The position numbers and the translations under genes are program-made. Below the pieces are notes generated by a model. The model had not been told where the DNA came from, ran no database searches, and was given only the letters and a program-made list of their open reading frames with translations. From the NCBI GenBank assembly GCA_041484665.1, contig JBGPIA010000001.1:224001-288000 (forward strand): a stretch of 64,000 bases of DNA. Reading direction: 5' to 3'. Origin of the DNA: Candidatus Krumholzibacteriia bacterium. GTDB lineage: Bacteria > Krumholzibacteriota > Krumholzibacteriia > JAJRXK01. Positions 39,598-48,167 of the stretch are shown here, piece after piece (position 1 is the stretch's first letter; every line of letters begins with the position of its first letter).

Positions 39598-41244
39598 CTA
39601 CTTGACGAGCACCATCTTGTCGGTGAGCTCCTCGTTGCCCACGCTCAGCCGGTAGTGGTAGACGCCCGAGGACACACTGCGGCCGCCGCTGTCGCGACCG
39701 TCCCAGACGACGTCGTGCGGCCCGGGAGCGGCGTCACCAGCAGCCAGCGTTGTCACCAGACGCCCCCGGTTGTCGTAGATGCGGAGGCTGAAGGAGCGAG
39801 CCGGACCGGCGGGGACGACGAACGCAATCGTCGTCGACGGGTTGAACGGATTGGGGTGGTTACCCAGCAGCGCCAGGCGCGTAGGGAGCGCGTCGCCGCC
39901 GCCGGCCAGAGTGAACCGCACCTCGGACTGGTCGCGCAGCGCGCCGCTATAGTGCGAGGTGGCCGCGACCCGCAGAGTGACCTCGCCGCCTCGGGCACCG
40001 CCCAGGGCCCGTGCAAGGTCCAGGCGCACGGCCTGCGGGCCCGACGCCAGCGCAGGCACGTCCTGGCGGCCCAGCGTGCGTCCGCTGGCGGGGTCGATGG
40101 CCTCGATCGTGACGTCGGCGTGGTCGGTGAGCGTGAAGCGAACCGTCACGCCGTCGTCGTAGACCACGTGGAGATCCTGCAGCGCGACACCCAGATCCAT
40201 CAGGCGCAGCCCGCTCTGATCGCTCCACTCCTCCACCAGCACGCCGTATCCCTGACCGGCGCGGACGACGCTGCCGTCGCGGTGGTCATGGATGTTGACG
40301 AACGGAATGTGGAAGCTGCGCGGGCGCATGATGCCGGCGCCGAGCTCGGCCACCGGGTAGAGCTGTGGCGTGAGCTTCTGGACCACGCCGGCGTTGGGGG
40401 CTGCAGCGTAGAGGTTCCCGTAGTGGTCGCTCTCCAGCGAGGTGACGATGCCGATATCGTGCGGCAGGGAGCCGACCCATTCCAGGGCGCTGCCCGTGTC
40501 GCGCAGATGGACGATGCGTCCGTTGTGGGCGTCGGCGACGTAGACGTCGGAGGTGCAGCGCCCATCCTGCCGGCCGACGGTGATCGCCATCGGCCCGGCG
40601 AAGAAGCCCGTGCCGCTACCCAGGTCGCCGATCTGCGAAACCAGCTCGGCGCGATCGTCGGCCAGGCGGTAGCCCAGCACGCGATTGCGCCCAGAGTCGG
40701 CCACGTAGAGGCGGTCGTCACCGGGATCCAGCGGCGTCCCGTTGTCGGAGACCGCCACGTCGAACGGGGAGCTGAGCCCGGCGATGGCGAAGCGCGGCGA
40801 TAGCGTCAGCTGGTCATACTCGCCCGCGGTGGTGAAGACCAGCACGCGGTCATTGCCCGAATCCGCCACGAACAGGCGGCCGTCCGCGTCCACAGCCATG
40901 CCGTGGGGCGCGCGGAGCTCTCCGAATGCGGACCCCTTGCCGTCGAATCCCTGGAGGTCCTTGCCGACCTCACCGTAGAGCAGGCGGCCCCACGACGGAT
41001 CCGACACGACCTGGAAGTAGCGTGCCTCCAGGTAGGGGAAGCGGTCGTACACGTCAACGTTGCCGATCACGACCGTACGGTATGGATCGCCGAACAAACG
41101 GCGTCCGACCAGCTCCTGCGCGACCGCTCGCGTGACGATTTGCACGCCCGCCTGGGGGAGGATCGGGGTCGGCACGAACGTCTCGGCCAGCGCCGGGCCG
41201 CTCCCGAGCAGGAGGATGAAGGTGAACAGGCTTGTCCGGGTCAT
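39598..41244 (-). CDS. NHL-repeat beta-propeller protein with FlgD-type C-terminal domain
   Basis: P.G.AVD..G.LFVADSGNDRV repeats; PNPFNP...WDGRD..G..VSSGVY. Confidence 0.85.
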   Translation of the reverse strand: MTRTSLFTFILLLGSGPALAETFVPTPILPQAGVQIVTRAVAQELVGRRLFGDPYRTVVIGNVDVYDRFPYLEARYFQVVSDPSWGRLLYGEVGKDLQGFDGKGSAFGELRAPHGMAVDADGRLFVADSGNDRVLVFTTAGEYDQLTLSPRFAIAGLSSPFDVAVSDNGTPLDPGDDRLYVADSGRNRVLGYRLADDRAELVSQIGDLGSGTGFFAGPMAITVGRQDGRCTSDVYVADAHNGRIVHLRDTGSALEWVGSLPHDIGIVTSLESDHYGNLYAAAPNAGVVQKLTPQLYPVAELGAGIMRPRSFHIPFVNIHDHRDGSVVRAGQGYGVLVEEWSDQSGLRLMDLGVALQDLHVVYDDGVTVRFTLTDHADVTIEAIDPASGRTLGRQDVPALASGPQAVRLDLARALGGARGGEVTLRVAATSHYSGALRDQSEVRFTLAGGGDALPTRLALLGNHPNPFNPSTTIAFVVPAGPARSFSLRIYDNRGRLVTTLAAGDAAPGPHDVVWDGRDSGGRSVSSGVYHYRLSVGNEELTDKMVLVK

Positions 41245-41270
41245 GGCAGGGCTCCTTTGGTGCTCCCGGG

Positions 41271-42425
41271 TCAGAACGCCAGGGAGAGTCCGCTCTCGAA
41301 GATGTTTGCCGAGAAGTTGTTGGTGTTGAAGTACCGCTCGTAGTTCAGGCTCAGCCTGACCCCCCTCAGGAAGTCCAATCGTCCACCCATGCCCCCCAGG
41401 TCCCAGTCCAGCCGCCCGCCGAACAGGTGCGCGTTGAAGGCCCCCAACCGGTAGTCGCCAGTGCGCAGACCATCCACGCCGCCGGGGTCGGTATACTCCG
41501 TCCGGTAGAACGCCGCCGCCCCTTGCGTGTAGTAGCGGTAGCGGTAGCGCACGACCAGGTCGTGGGTGATGTACTGGCTCAGGCGGGCGCCGACGGTATG
41601 CGAGCTCACGCCCCAGTCGTCGGTGTAGTACGTGTACGCCAGCTTGAGGCTCGACTGGTTCTTCAGGTACTGGTTGAGCTTGACGTAATAGTCATTGCGC
41701 CGGCGGTGGGTGGGGTGCACCTCGGGCAGATCGCTGCCGGCCACGTAGACGTTCCGATAGGGGTTGTGCTGAAGCCCGTCCACCAGGTTCAGCTCGGCGC
41801 CCGCCTGCATCACCGTCGAGGCGGTCAGTACCTGGCTGGCCACCAGGCTCCAGTGCCAGTTGTCCTTTTGATCGGGCACGGTATGCGTGTCGGCGTCCTC
41901 GGCCGGATCGATCTTGTCCCAGCCATAGCTCGTCCCCGCCGACAGATTGAGGTTCTGCCCGAAGAAGTCGTGATCCACCTCGGCGCGCAGTTGCTGGGCG
42001 AAGTAGTCGGCCTCCGACGAGACGTAATAGCCGCCCTTCAGGCGCCGCCACGTCATATCTCCCTGCAGCTCGTTGCGTGTCTTGGTGAAATCGGAGTACG
42101 CATCAGCCCCGCTACGGATCGGGCGGCTGGCCGTGGTGATGGCGTCGACGGCCTCCTGGCTGCCCGCCGGGGCCTTGATGCCCGGTACCATCACGACCTG
42201 GTGGGTCCACTGCAGGTCGAGCTTCGGCCCCCGCTCGAGCTCCAGCAGGTAGTCTGTGTAGCTGGAGTACACGTGCACATCGTCGGAGTCGGCGAAGTAG
42301 TTGAACGAGTACGTCGCGGTCTGGTCGGTGACCCCCGCTCCGGCAGCCGGCGCCAGCATCAGGCACGCCGCCGCCGTGGCCATCCATGGCCGCGTAGACT
42401 TGTCTGCGCTCAATTGCACGCGCAC
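41271..42425 (-). CDS. DUF3570 family outer-membrane protein (alternative start 42383)
   Basis: VDAITTAS, S.E.DY, G...NPYR, E..P..R.R, Y.YY.DDWG..SHT, RYRYY.Q..A.FY, GDYRL..F. Confidence 0.85.
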   Translation of the reverse strand: MRVQLSADKSTRPWMATAAACLMLAPAAGAGVTDQTATYSFNYFADSDDVHVYSSYTDYLLELERGPKLDLQWTHQVVMVPGIKAPAGSQEAVDAITTASRPIRSGADAYSDFTKTRNELQGDMTWRRLKGGYYVSSEADYFAQQLRAEVDHDFFGQNLNLSAGTSYGWDKIDPAEDADTHTVPDQKDNWHWSLVASQVLTASTVMQAGAELNLVDGLQHNPYRNVYVAGSDLPEVHPTHRRRNDYYVKLNQYLKNQSSLKLAYTYYTDDWGVSSHTVGARLSQYITHDLVVRYRYRYYTQGAAAFYRTEYTDPGGVDGLRTGDYRLGAFNAHLFGGRLDWDLGGMGGRLDFLRGVRLSLNYERYFNTNNFSANIFESGLSLAF

Positions 42426-42670
42426 CCTCCGCCGGCGACGCCGATTCCGCCCGTGGAGCCTTCGCGCGCCTCGCGCCAGTGCAGCTCGCGGCGCTCCTCG
42501 CGGGCATCGCGGTCGAAGGCCATGATCGGGTCGGCGAGGAACTCACGCTGGTAGCCCTTGACCGTCGCGCATCCGGACACCGTCAGCAGCAGCAGCAGTG
42601 CCGACGCCGCCCGCACCAAGCGGCTGCGTGGCCCCACGCGGACGGCCCGAACTTGCGTCCCTGGTCTCAT
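42410..42670 (-). CDS. DUF4266 family lipoprotein
   Basis: VSGCATVK.YQR..LADP.M...REG..GG.G..GGGCACN. Confidence 0.9.
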   Translation of the reverse strand: MRPGTQVRAVRVGPRSRLVRAASALLLLLTVSGCATVKGYQREFLADPIMAFDRDAREERRELHWREAREGSTGGIGVAGGGCACN

Positions 42671-43287
42671 TGCGCACCTCCCGTTGCGCCGGCCATGGCC
42701 GCGGCGGGAGCGGACAGCAGTCCCTCCACGATGCGCCGCAGCGAAGCCAGCACCTCGTCGCCACCGCCACCGGAGACGCTCACGACCTTGCCACCGCGGT
42801 CCAGCACGTAGGTGCAGGGCAGGTGCGGCAGGTCGAGCTGGGCGGCCAGCCCCTGCGCCCCATCGTGGTAGAGCGGCAGCTGCAGGTGCTGTGCTTGAGC
42901 GAAGTGCTTCGCACGCGACCGGTCCCGGTCGATGGAGATGGCGACCACGCGCGCTCCGCGGCCGGCCAGGTCGGCGTGCAGGCGCGCCAGGTAGGCGAGC
43001 TCCTTGCGGCACGGCGCGCACCAGCTGGCCCAGAAGCTCACCACGACCACCTGCCCACCCAGCGGGCCCAGGCGGGCCGCCCCGCCGTCGAGCGTCGCGA
43101 AACTGTGGCGCTCCAACGCCGCGCGTAGGTCGGCCGCCGCGAGCGCCGGCGCGGCGGGCGCGGCGGATGCCGACGCGCGCTGCGGCGATGCTCCGGCGGC
43201 GGCCAGCAGCGCGCCGATCGCCGCGAGTGCCAGCACCCGGCAACGCCGCCCGCCGGGCGCAGGAAGAGAATTCACGCCCACGCTCAT
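42667..43287 (-). CDS. TlpA-family thiol-disulfide oxidoreductase
   Basis: VVVSFWASWCAPCRKE; P.TYVLDR.G. Confidence 0.9.
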   Translation of the reverse strand: MSVGVNSLPAPGGRRCRVLALAAIGALLAAAGASPQRASASAAPAAPALAAADLRAALERHSFATLDGGAARLGPLGGQVVVVSFWASWCAPCRKELAYLARLHADLAGRGARVVAISIDRDRSRAKHFAQAQHLQLPLYHDGAQGLAAQLDLPHLPCTYVLDRGGKVVSVSGGGGDEVLASLRRIVEGLLSAPAAAMAGATGGAQ

Positions 43288-43300
43288 GCCCTCCTGCGGC

Positions 43301-45343
43301 TCACTTGTACTGGGCGCCCAGAAGCACCCAGAGGTTGAACAGCTCGACCTCGGCCGGAGTGAGCGCGTACTGCCCCTGCGGGTGCACCGCCTTCCCCTGC
43401 TGGGTGCCCAGGCCCTTCAGGTAGTCGATGAGCAGCGACCGCCGCGGGAAGGCGGGCTCCACCACGTTGTGGTCCATCCGACGTGTCTCGCCCGAGAGGT
43501 TGATGTAGCCGCGGGGGAAGATCCGGTTCTCACGCATGGTCGTATCGGGCACGGCGGTGAGATCCAGGTTCCCCGGCGCGGGGATCGTGTCGGTCACGGC
43601 CACGTGGGTCGTGTCGGTTCCGTTGACGATCGTCGAATCGCGCTGAACGTAGGTCGGGTAGTGGCACGTCGCACACTTGCTCTGTACGATCGGGCCGATG
43701 TTCGTTTCGTAGTTGATGATCTGGAACTGCGACGAATCGAGGTCCAGATCGGTCGGCGGCATGGTTGCGGCGATCGGGTTGAGGTTGGTGGGCACGGGGC
43801 CTCCGGCAGCGCGGTCCTCGTGGCAGCCCACGCACTTGTTGAACTCCTCGCCGGGTCGCAAGTAGATCCAGGTGCGCTTGACGACGATGCCGCGCCCGTA
43901 CTCATCCAGCGTCGCAAACCCGATGGGCGTGTCGGCCGGCACCTTGATGCGAAACGATCCGTCGGCGTACACCGGCGCGAAACCGATCAGGGCGCGCTTC
44001 TCGAACTCGTTGGCCGAGAAGTCGTTCATGTCGCCAGGGCGCGTGGCCCGGGCGGTGTAGACCGCGATGCGGTCGATGGGCTGCGTGCCCTTGACCGGCC
44101 GCTCCTGCCCGTCGTTGGTGCCGCGATTGAAAACGTCCTGTGCCAGGAAGACTCCGTAGTTCTTCGTGGGATCCACCGTGCTTTGGATCACCGGCGGCTT
44201 CGGGTGCGCCGCGAGCACCTGGGCGTCGAACTCGTTGGCGGCGGGATCGTTGTAGAGGAACGTGAGATCCTTGATGGCAATGGTGGCCGGATCGGCGGTA
44301 GTGCCGGCGCCGGTCTGCTCCAGCGTGAAGGTGTAGAGGCCGTAATCCGCGTCTTCTTCCGTGGCGGCCGGCAGCGTGTACGAGGCCACGAACTTGTTGC
44401 CGCCCAGTGGGAACGGGTACTTGAAGGCGCCGTAGACCCACGGCGCGCCATCGGTGTTGATGTTCGCGTTGAGGGCGTCCCAGTGCAGGCTCGTGCTTCC
44501 GGTCGCCGGGTCGGCCGGCCCCTGCTCGGGCTTCAGCACCGCCAGCGGGCCGGCGTCCCCCTCCACCATCGTCGACTCGATGGCGACGATGCGGCCATCC
44601 GGCGTCGGCTGGGCGTGGAAGAAGTTGCGCTCGTGGGGTCCGAAATGATGGAAGGTCCCGCTCCCGTCCGGATTGGTGGCGAACAGCGGGAAGCGGTTCA
44701 TCGTCCCGAAGTGCTCCCAGCGCGTATACATGACGCGCCCGTCGGGCAAGAGCGTAGGATCGAAGTCGTTGCTCTGGTTGAAGCTGATGCGCTCCAGGTT
44801 CGACCCGTCGGCGTTGCAGCGATAGAGGTGCTCCGCGAGCGAGTGGTTGTACTCATCCATCTCGCTGTCGCGGGAGCTCGTGAAGAGGATCTGGCCGTCG
44901 GGCAGGTATAGGGGGTCGAAGTCGTGCCCGCCGCCCCTGGTGATCTGGCGCAACCCGCTCCCGTCGGCGTTGATCTCCCAGATGTTCTTCCAGGTCGCGC
45001 CGGGCGGCCGCAGCGCGAACAGGATCGTCTTGCCATCGAACGAGACACACGGGTCCGAGACGCTCGCCCCGACGAAGTTCGTCACCGCTGTGACGATGCC
45101 GTCGGGCGAGATCGGCGACAGCTTGTACAGGTTGCTCTCGGCCCAGCTGCGGTTGAGGGTCTCCGCGTCCTGGGACTTGATGAAGACGAGAGCCGCGGTG
45201 GTCTGCTCGGCCACGAAGAGATCGTCCGGCGCGCTCTTCTTGCACCCAGCCAGCGCGGCCGCGCCAGCAGCCGCGGCCAGGATGGCCGTGCGCAGGGGCC
45301 GCGAAGAGACGAGCGCCCAGAGTAGGTGTTCGCGTCGCATCAT
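43301..45343 (-). CDS. lipoprotein with TolB-like propeller, HzsA-middle-domain-like region and two CxxCH heme motifs
   Basis: Lipobox LAGC; VSFDG..I.F, D.DP.YLPDG.I.F.S.R, Y.RWEH, DGSF...VPA..P.......G; CVGCH and CATCH. Confidence 0.8.
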   Translation of the reverse strand: MMRREHLLWALVSSRPLRTAILAAAAGAAALAGCKKSAPDDLFVAEQTTAALVFIKSQDAETLNRSWAESNLYKLSPISPDGIVTAVTNFVGASVSDPCVSFDGKTILFALRPPGATWKNIWEINADGSGLRQITRGGGHDFDPLYLPDGQILFTSSRDSEMDEYNHSLAEHLYRCNADGSNLERISFNQSNDFDPTLLPDGRVMYTRWEHFGTMNRFPLFATNPDGSGTFHHFGPHERNFFHAQPTPDGRIVAIESTMVEGDAGPLAVLKPEQGPADPATGSTSLHWDALNANINTDGAPWVYGAFKYPFPLGGNKFVASYTLPAATEEDADYGLYTFTLEQTGAGTTADPATIAIKDLTFLYNDPAANEFDAQVLAAHPKPPVIQSTVDPTKNYGVFLAQDVFNRGTNDGQERPVKGTQPIDRIAVYTARATRPGDMNDFSANEFEKRALIGFAPVYADGSFRIKVPADTPIGFATLDEYGRGIVVKRTWIYLRPGEEFNKCVGCHEDRAAGGPVPTNLNPIAATMPPTDLDLDSSQFQIINYETNIGPIVQSKCATCHYPTYVQRDSTIVNGTDTTHVAVTDTIPAPGNLDLTAVPDTTMRENRIFPRGYINLSGETRRMDHNVVEPAFPRRSLLIDYLKGLGTQQGKAVHPQGQYALTPAEVELFNLWVLLGAQYK

Positions 45344-45383
45344 GATCTCCTTTAAGGCTCCTGCCGCCCGCGCGCCGTGGCGC

Positions 45384-46109
45384 CTAGCGCCCCAGCGTGC
45401 GGTAGAAGGAGAGACCGATCGTCGCCTCGCCGTACTGGTAGGCGATCGTGTCCCCCGAGTTGCGTTCTCCGCCGATTACGGTGGTCTCCCGCAGCTCCAC
45501 GCGCAGCGCGACGTCGTTGCGAACGTAGAGCTCCAGCCCGCCACCGAACGCCAATGCGTTCTTGGTCACCGGGTCGGCGTTGAAGGCCCTCCCGGGAAAA
45601 ACGAGCATCATCCCGTAGCCGAGGCTGCCGTAGGGTTGCACGCGCCACGGCAGCGGATAGCGCAGCAGGACGTTGAAGGTGTTGAATAGGGCGTGCACGG
45701 AGGCGCCGGGGTTGTGCCCGATCGCCGCCTCGTATCCCAGCCACCGGTTGGGGTTGTAGGCCAGGCGGAAGGCGAACAGGCGCTCGTTGCCGAGCTTGCC
45801 GAAGCCGGGGCTGAAGGCGAGGCGGTGCAGGAACGGCCGCTTGCCGGGCGCGAGCGCGAACGGCGCGCTGGCCACCTCGGGCACCAGCGGCGTGAGCGCG
45901 CGTGCGGCGCCCGGGACCGGTGCACCCCGCGGCGGCGCGCTCACGGCGGTCGCATCGCCCTGCGCGGCTCGCGCAAAGGGCAGCGCCGTCAGCCACGCCG
46001 CAGCGCACACGATTGCGCTCGCCATCCATGGCGCCCGCGGCCGCGCCCATGCGCCGTCGCCGCTGCGGGCGGCTCTGCGCTGAGTGCGGTTGCGGCTGTG
46101 GCCGTTCAT
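45384..46109 (-). CDS. small outer-membrane beta-barrel protein
   Basis: QPY...G.G, FGGG......VALR.E.R; C-terminal GLSFY. Confidence 0.7.
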   Translation of the reverse strand: MNGHSRNRTQRRAARSGDGAWARPRAPWMASAIVCAAAWLTALPFARAAQGDATAVSAPPRGAPVPGAARALTPLVPEVASAPFALAPGKRPFLHRLAFSPGFGKLGNERLFAFRLAYNPNRWLGYEAAIGHNPGASVHALFNTFNVLLRYPLPWRVQPYGSLGYGMMLVFPGRAFNADPVTKNALAFGGGLELYVRNDVALRVELRETTVIGGERNSGDTIAYQYGEATIGLSFYRTLGR

Positions 46110-46528
46110 TGCAGCACCCCGGCCTGGATCCAGGCGCGGATCGCTTGATAGCCCGGGTCGTCCGTGCTGGCGAACGGCTTGAAGCTGTGGGGCACGCCGC
46201 CGGCGGCCACCGCCAGCGGCTTGGTCAGCAAGGTGCTCGCGTCGCGGTCGTACGCGTTGACCTGCAAGCTCGCCTGCTCGAAGTCGAATGGGTCGCTCTT
46301 GGCAGCGACCGGAGAGAGGGCGAACGTCCCGCGGATGCCCCCGCCGTGGCAGTCCCCCCCGGCGTCGCACCCCTGCGTGCTGAGCACCGGCGCGACCGTC
46401 TGCTGGTACTGCGCGAAGCTCAACACCAGGCGCTGCCCGCCTCCGGGCGGGAGCGGCGGAGCATCCGGCGAGGAGCACGCTGTCAGCAGCAGCGGCACGA
46501 CCCATAGGATTCCAGCTCTATTGGTCAT
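46106..46528 (-). CDS. small lipoprotein, cytochrome c-like with atypical Cx5CH
   Basis: Lipobox LTAC; V.PVL...GCDAGGDCH; S.LL.KP...H...Y..I..WI. Confidence 0.65.
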   Translation of the reverse strand: MTNRAGILWVVPLLLTACSSPDAPPLPPGGGQRLVLSFAQYQQTVAPVLSTQGCDAGGDCHGGGIRGTFALSPVAAKSDPFDFEQASLQVNAYDRDASTLLTKPLAVAAGGVPHSFKPFASTDDPGYQAIRAWIQAGVLQ

Positions 46529-46782
46529 CTCCACACGGCGCGCCGGCCGCCGGCGTCGTGCAGGATGCACGCGCGCGGTGGCGTTGCGCTCTGCCCGCGC
46601 CTGCAGGATTCTTCCCTTAGGGGGTCGTCCTTGCCGGGCGACGGCTCGCCCCGGACCACTCTGGGATTGTGATCTCGGGTGTGCCTCGGGGGAGCAATGT
46701 TCGAACCAACGCCGGGGCGCGTGCGGCAGGGATTACGGCACCCCCGCGGCGCCGCGGCGGCGCGTCGCGCTACCGCAGGCAA

Positions 46783-48114
46783 CTAGAAGGGGCGCACGTG
46801 GAAGAGCGACCGTCCCTCCGCCGTCATGTGGAAGTCTCTGACCAGCGAGCGCTTCACCCAGACCGTATCGGGAGCGCTGACGGACGATGCAGGCTGCACG
46901 AGGACGACCTGGAGCTCCGGGCGCTGCTGTGCCAGAGCGGCGGCCGCGCGTGGGCCGAGCACCAGCAGGCCCGTATCCCACGCGTCGGCCTCCAGCGCCG
47001 TTGGCGCCACGACCGTGGCCGACAACAACCCGTCGACCGGCCAGCCCGTGCGCGGATCGAGCACGTGGCCGAAGCGTCTGCCGTCCTGCATGACAAACTG
47101 CTCGTAGTTGCCCGATGTGGCGATCGACCGGCCGCGCAGCTGCACCGTCGCGAAAAAGGGCACCCGGCCGCGCGGGTCGCGCACCCCCACCGTCCAGCTG
47201 TCGCGCTGCGGGGGTTGCCCCAGCGGCCGCATGTTGCCCGACAGATCCACCAGCGCGTCGCGCACGCCTGCGGCCGACAGCTGCGCGACCGCACGGTCCA
47301 CCGCATAGCCCTTGGCGATACCGCCCAGGTCGACCTGCACGCCGTTGGATGCGAAGCGCACCGTCGCCGACGCGCGCTCCACGCTCACCTGGCGGTAGCC
47401 CACCCGGGGCAGGAGCGCCTCGATTTCCGCTTGGGGGGGCACGTGGGGGATCCCTCCCAGGAAACCCCACAGCCGCACCAGCGGCTCGATGGTGACGTCG
47501 TAGGCCCCGCCCGTAACGGCCGCCACACGCAGCGCCTCGTCGAGCACCAGGGCAACCTCGGGATCGGTCACGACGGCCCGTTGCGCAGCCTCCCGGTTCA
47601 GCCGCGCGACCGCGCTGGTCTGAGTCCAGTTGCTCATCAGCGAGTCGACGTGCTGGAAGGCGCGCAGCGCCGCCTGCGCTGCTGGGGTTGTGGCCGCGGA
47701 GTCGGCCGTGACGACGGTGACCTGTCCGACCGTTCCCATCGTCCTCGCGCGCCAGGCCACCGAGCGCGGGGCTGGCGCCGCCGTCGGCGCACCGGCCGGA
47801 GTGCCCGGCTGCGGACGGGGCGACGGGGCAGGCGTTGCGGGTGGCGTCGGGGTTGGCGTCAGCGGCGGCGTGCCGACAGCCGACGGGCAGGCGTGCACGG
47901 GCCAGGGCACGCAGCCCAGCATCACGAGCAGCGCCGCTCCGACGGCGGCCCGCTGCGCGCTTAGCAGGTGAAGTGCGCGCTGTCCGCTGCGGGCGGGCGG
48001 CGGCCGGTCTGCACGCAGCAGACGGCGCGCGCGTGGCGCGCCGCTGGGCGAGCTCGCGGGCGCAGGCGCGTGCGGACCGCCGGGCTGCGGCATGCCGGTG
48101 CGCGGCTTTGGCAT
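46783..48114 (-). CDS. apbE: FAD:protein FMN transferase (start uncertain)
   Basis: TMGT, S.W...S.V..LN, GAYD.T, DLGGIAKGYAVD, ATSGNY, H..DPRTGWP, ADA..T. Confidence 0.93.
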   Translation of the reverse strand: MPKPRTGMPQPGGPHAPAPASSPSGAPRARRLLRADRPPPARSGQRALHLLSAQRAAVGAALLVMLGCVPWPVHACPSAVGTPPLTPTPTPPATPAPSPRPQPGTPAGAPTAAPAPRSVAWRARTMGTVGQVTVVTADSAATTPAAQAALRAFQHVDSLMSNWTQTSAVARLNREAAQRAVVTDPEVALVLDEALRVAAVTGGAYDVTIEPLVRLWGFLGGIPHVPPQAEIEALLPRVGYRQVSVERASATVRFASNGVQVDLGGIAKGYAVDRAVAQLSAAGVRDALVDLSGNMRPLGQPPQRDSWTVGVRDPRGRVPFFATVQLRGRSIATSGNYEQFVMQDGRRFGHVLDPRTGWPVDGLLSATVVAPTALEADAWDTGLLVLGPRAAAALAQQRPELQVVLVQPASSVSAPDTVWVKRSLVRDFHMTAEGRSLFHVRPF

Positions 48115-48167
48115 GGAGCGTCCTCTCTGTCCAGAGGCCCTGGATGATGGCGGTGGCGGGCCCGCGC

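Noticed and set aside
43301..45343. Anammox hydrazine synthase
   Set aside because: No beta/gamma subunits or hydrazine dehydrogenase here; HzsA-like domains occur outside anammox bacteria
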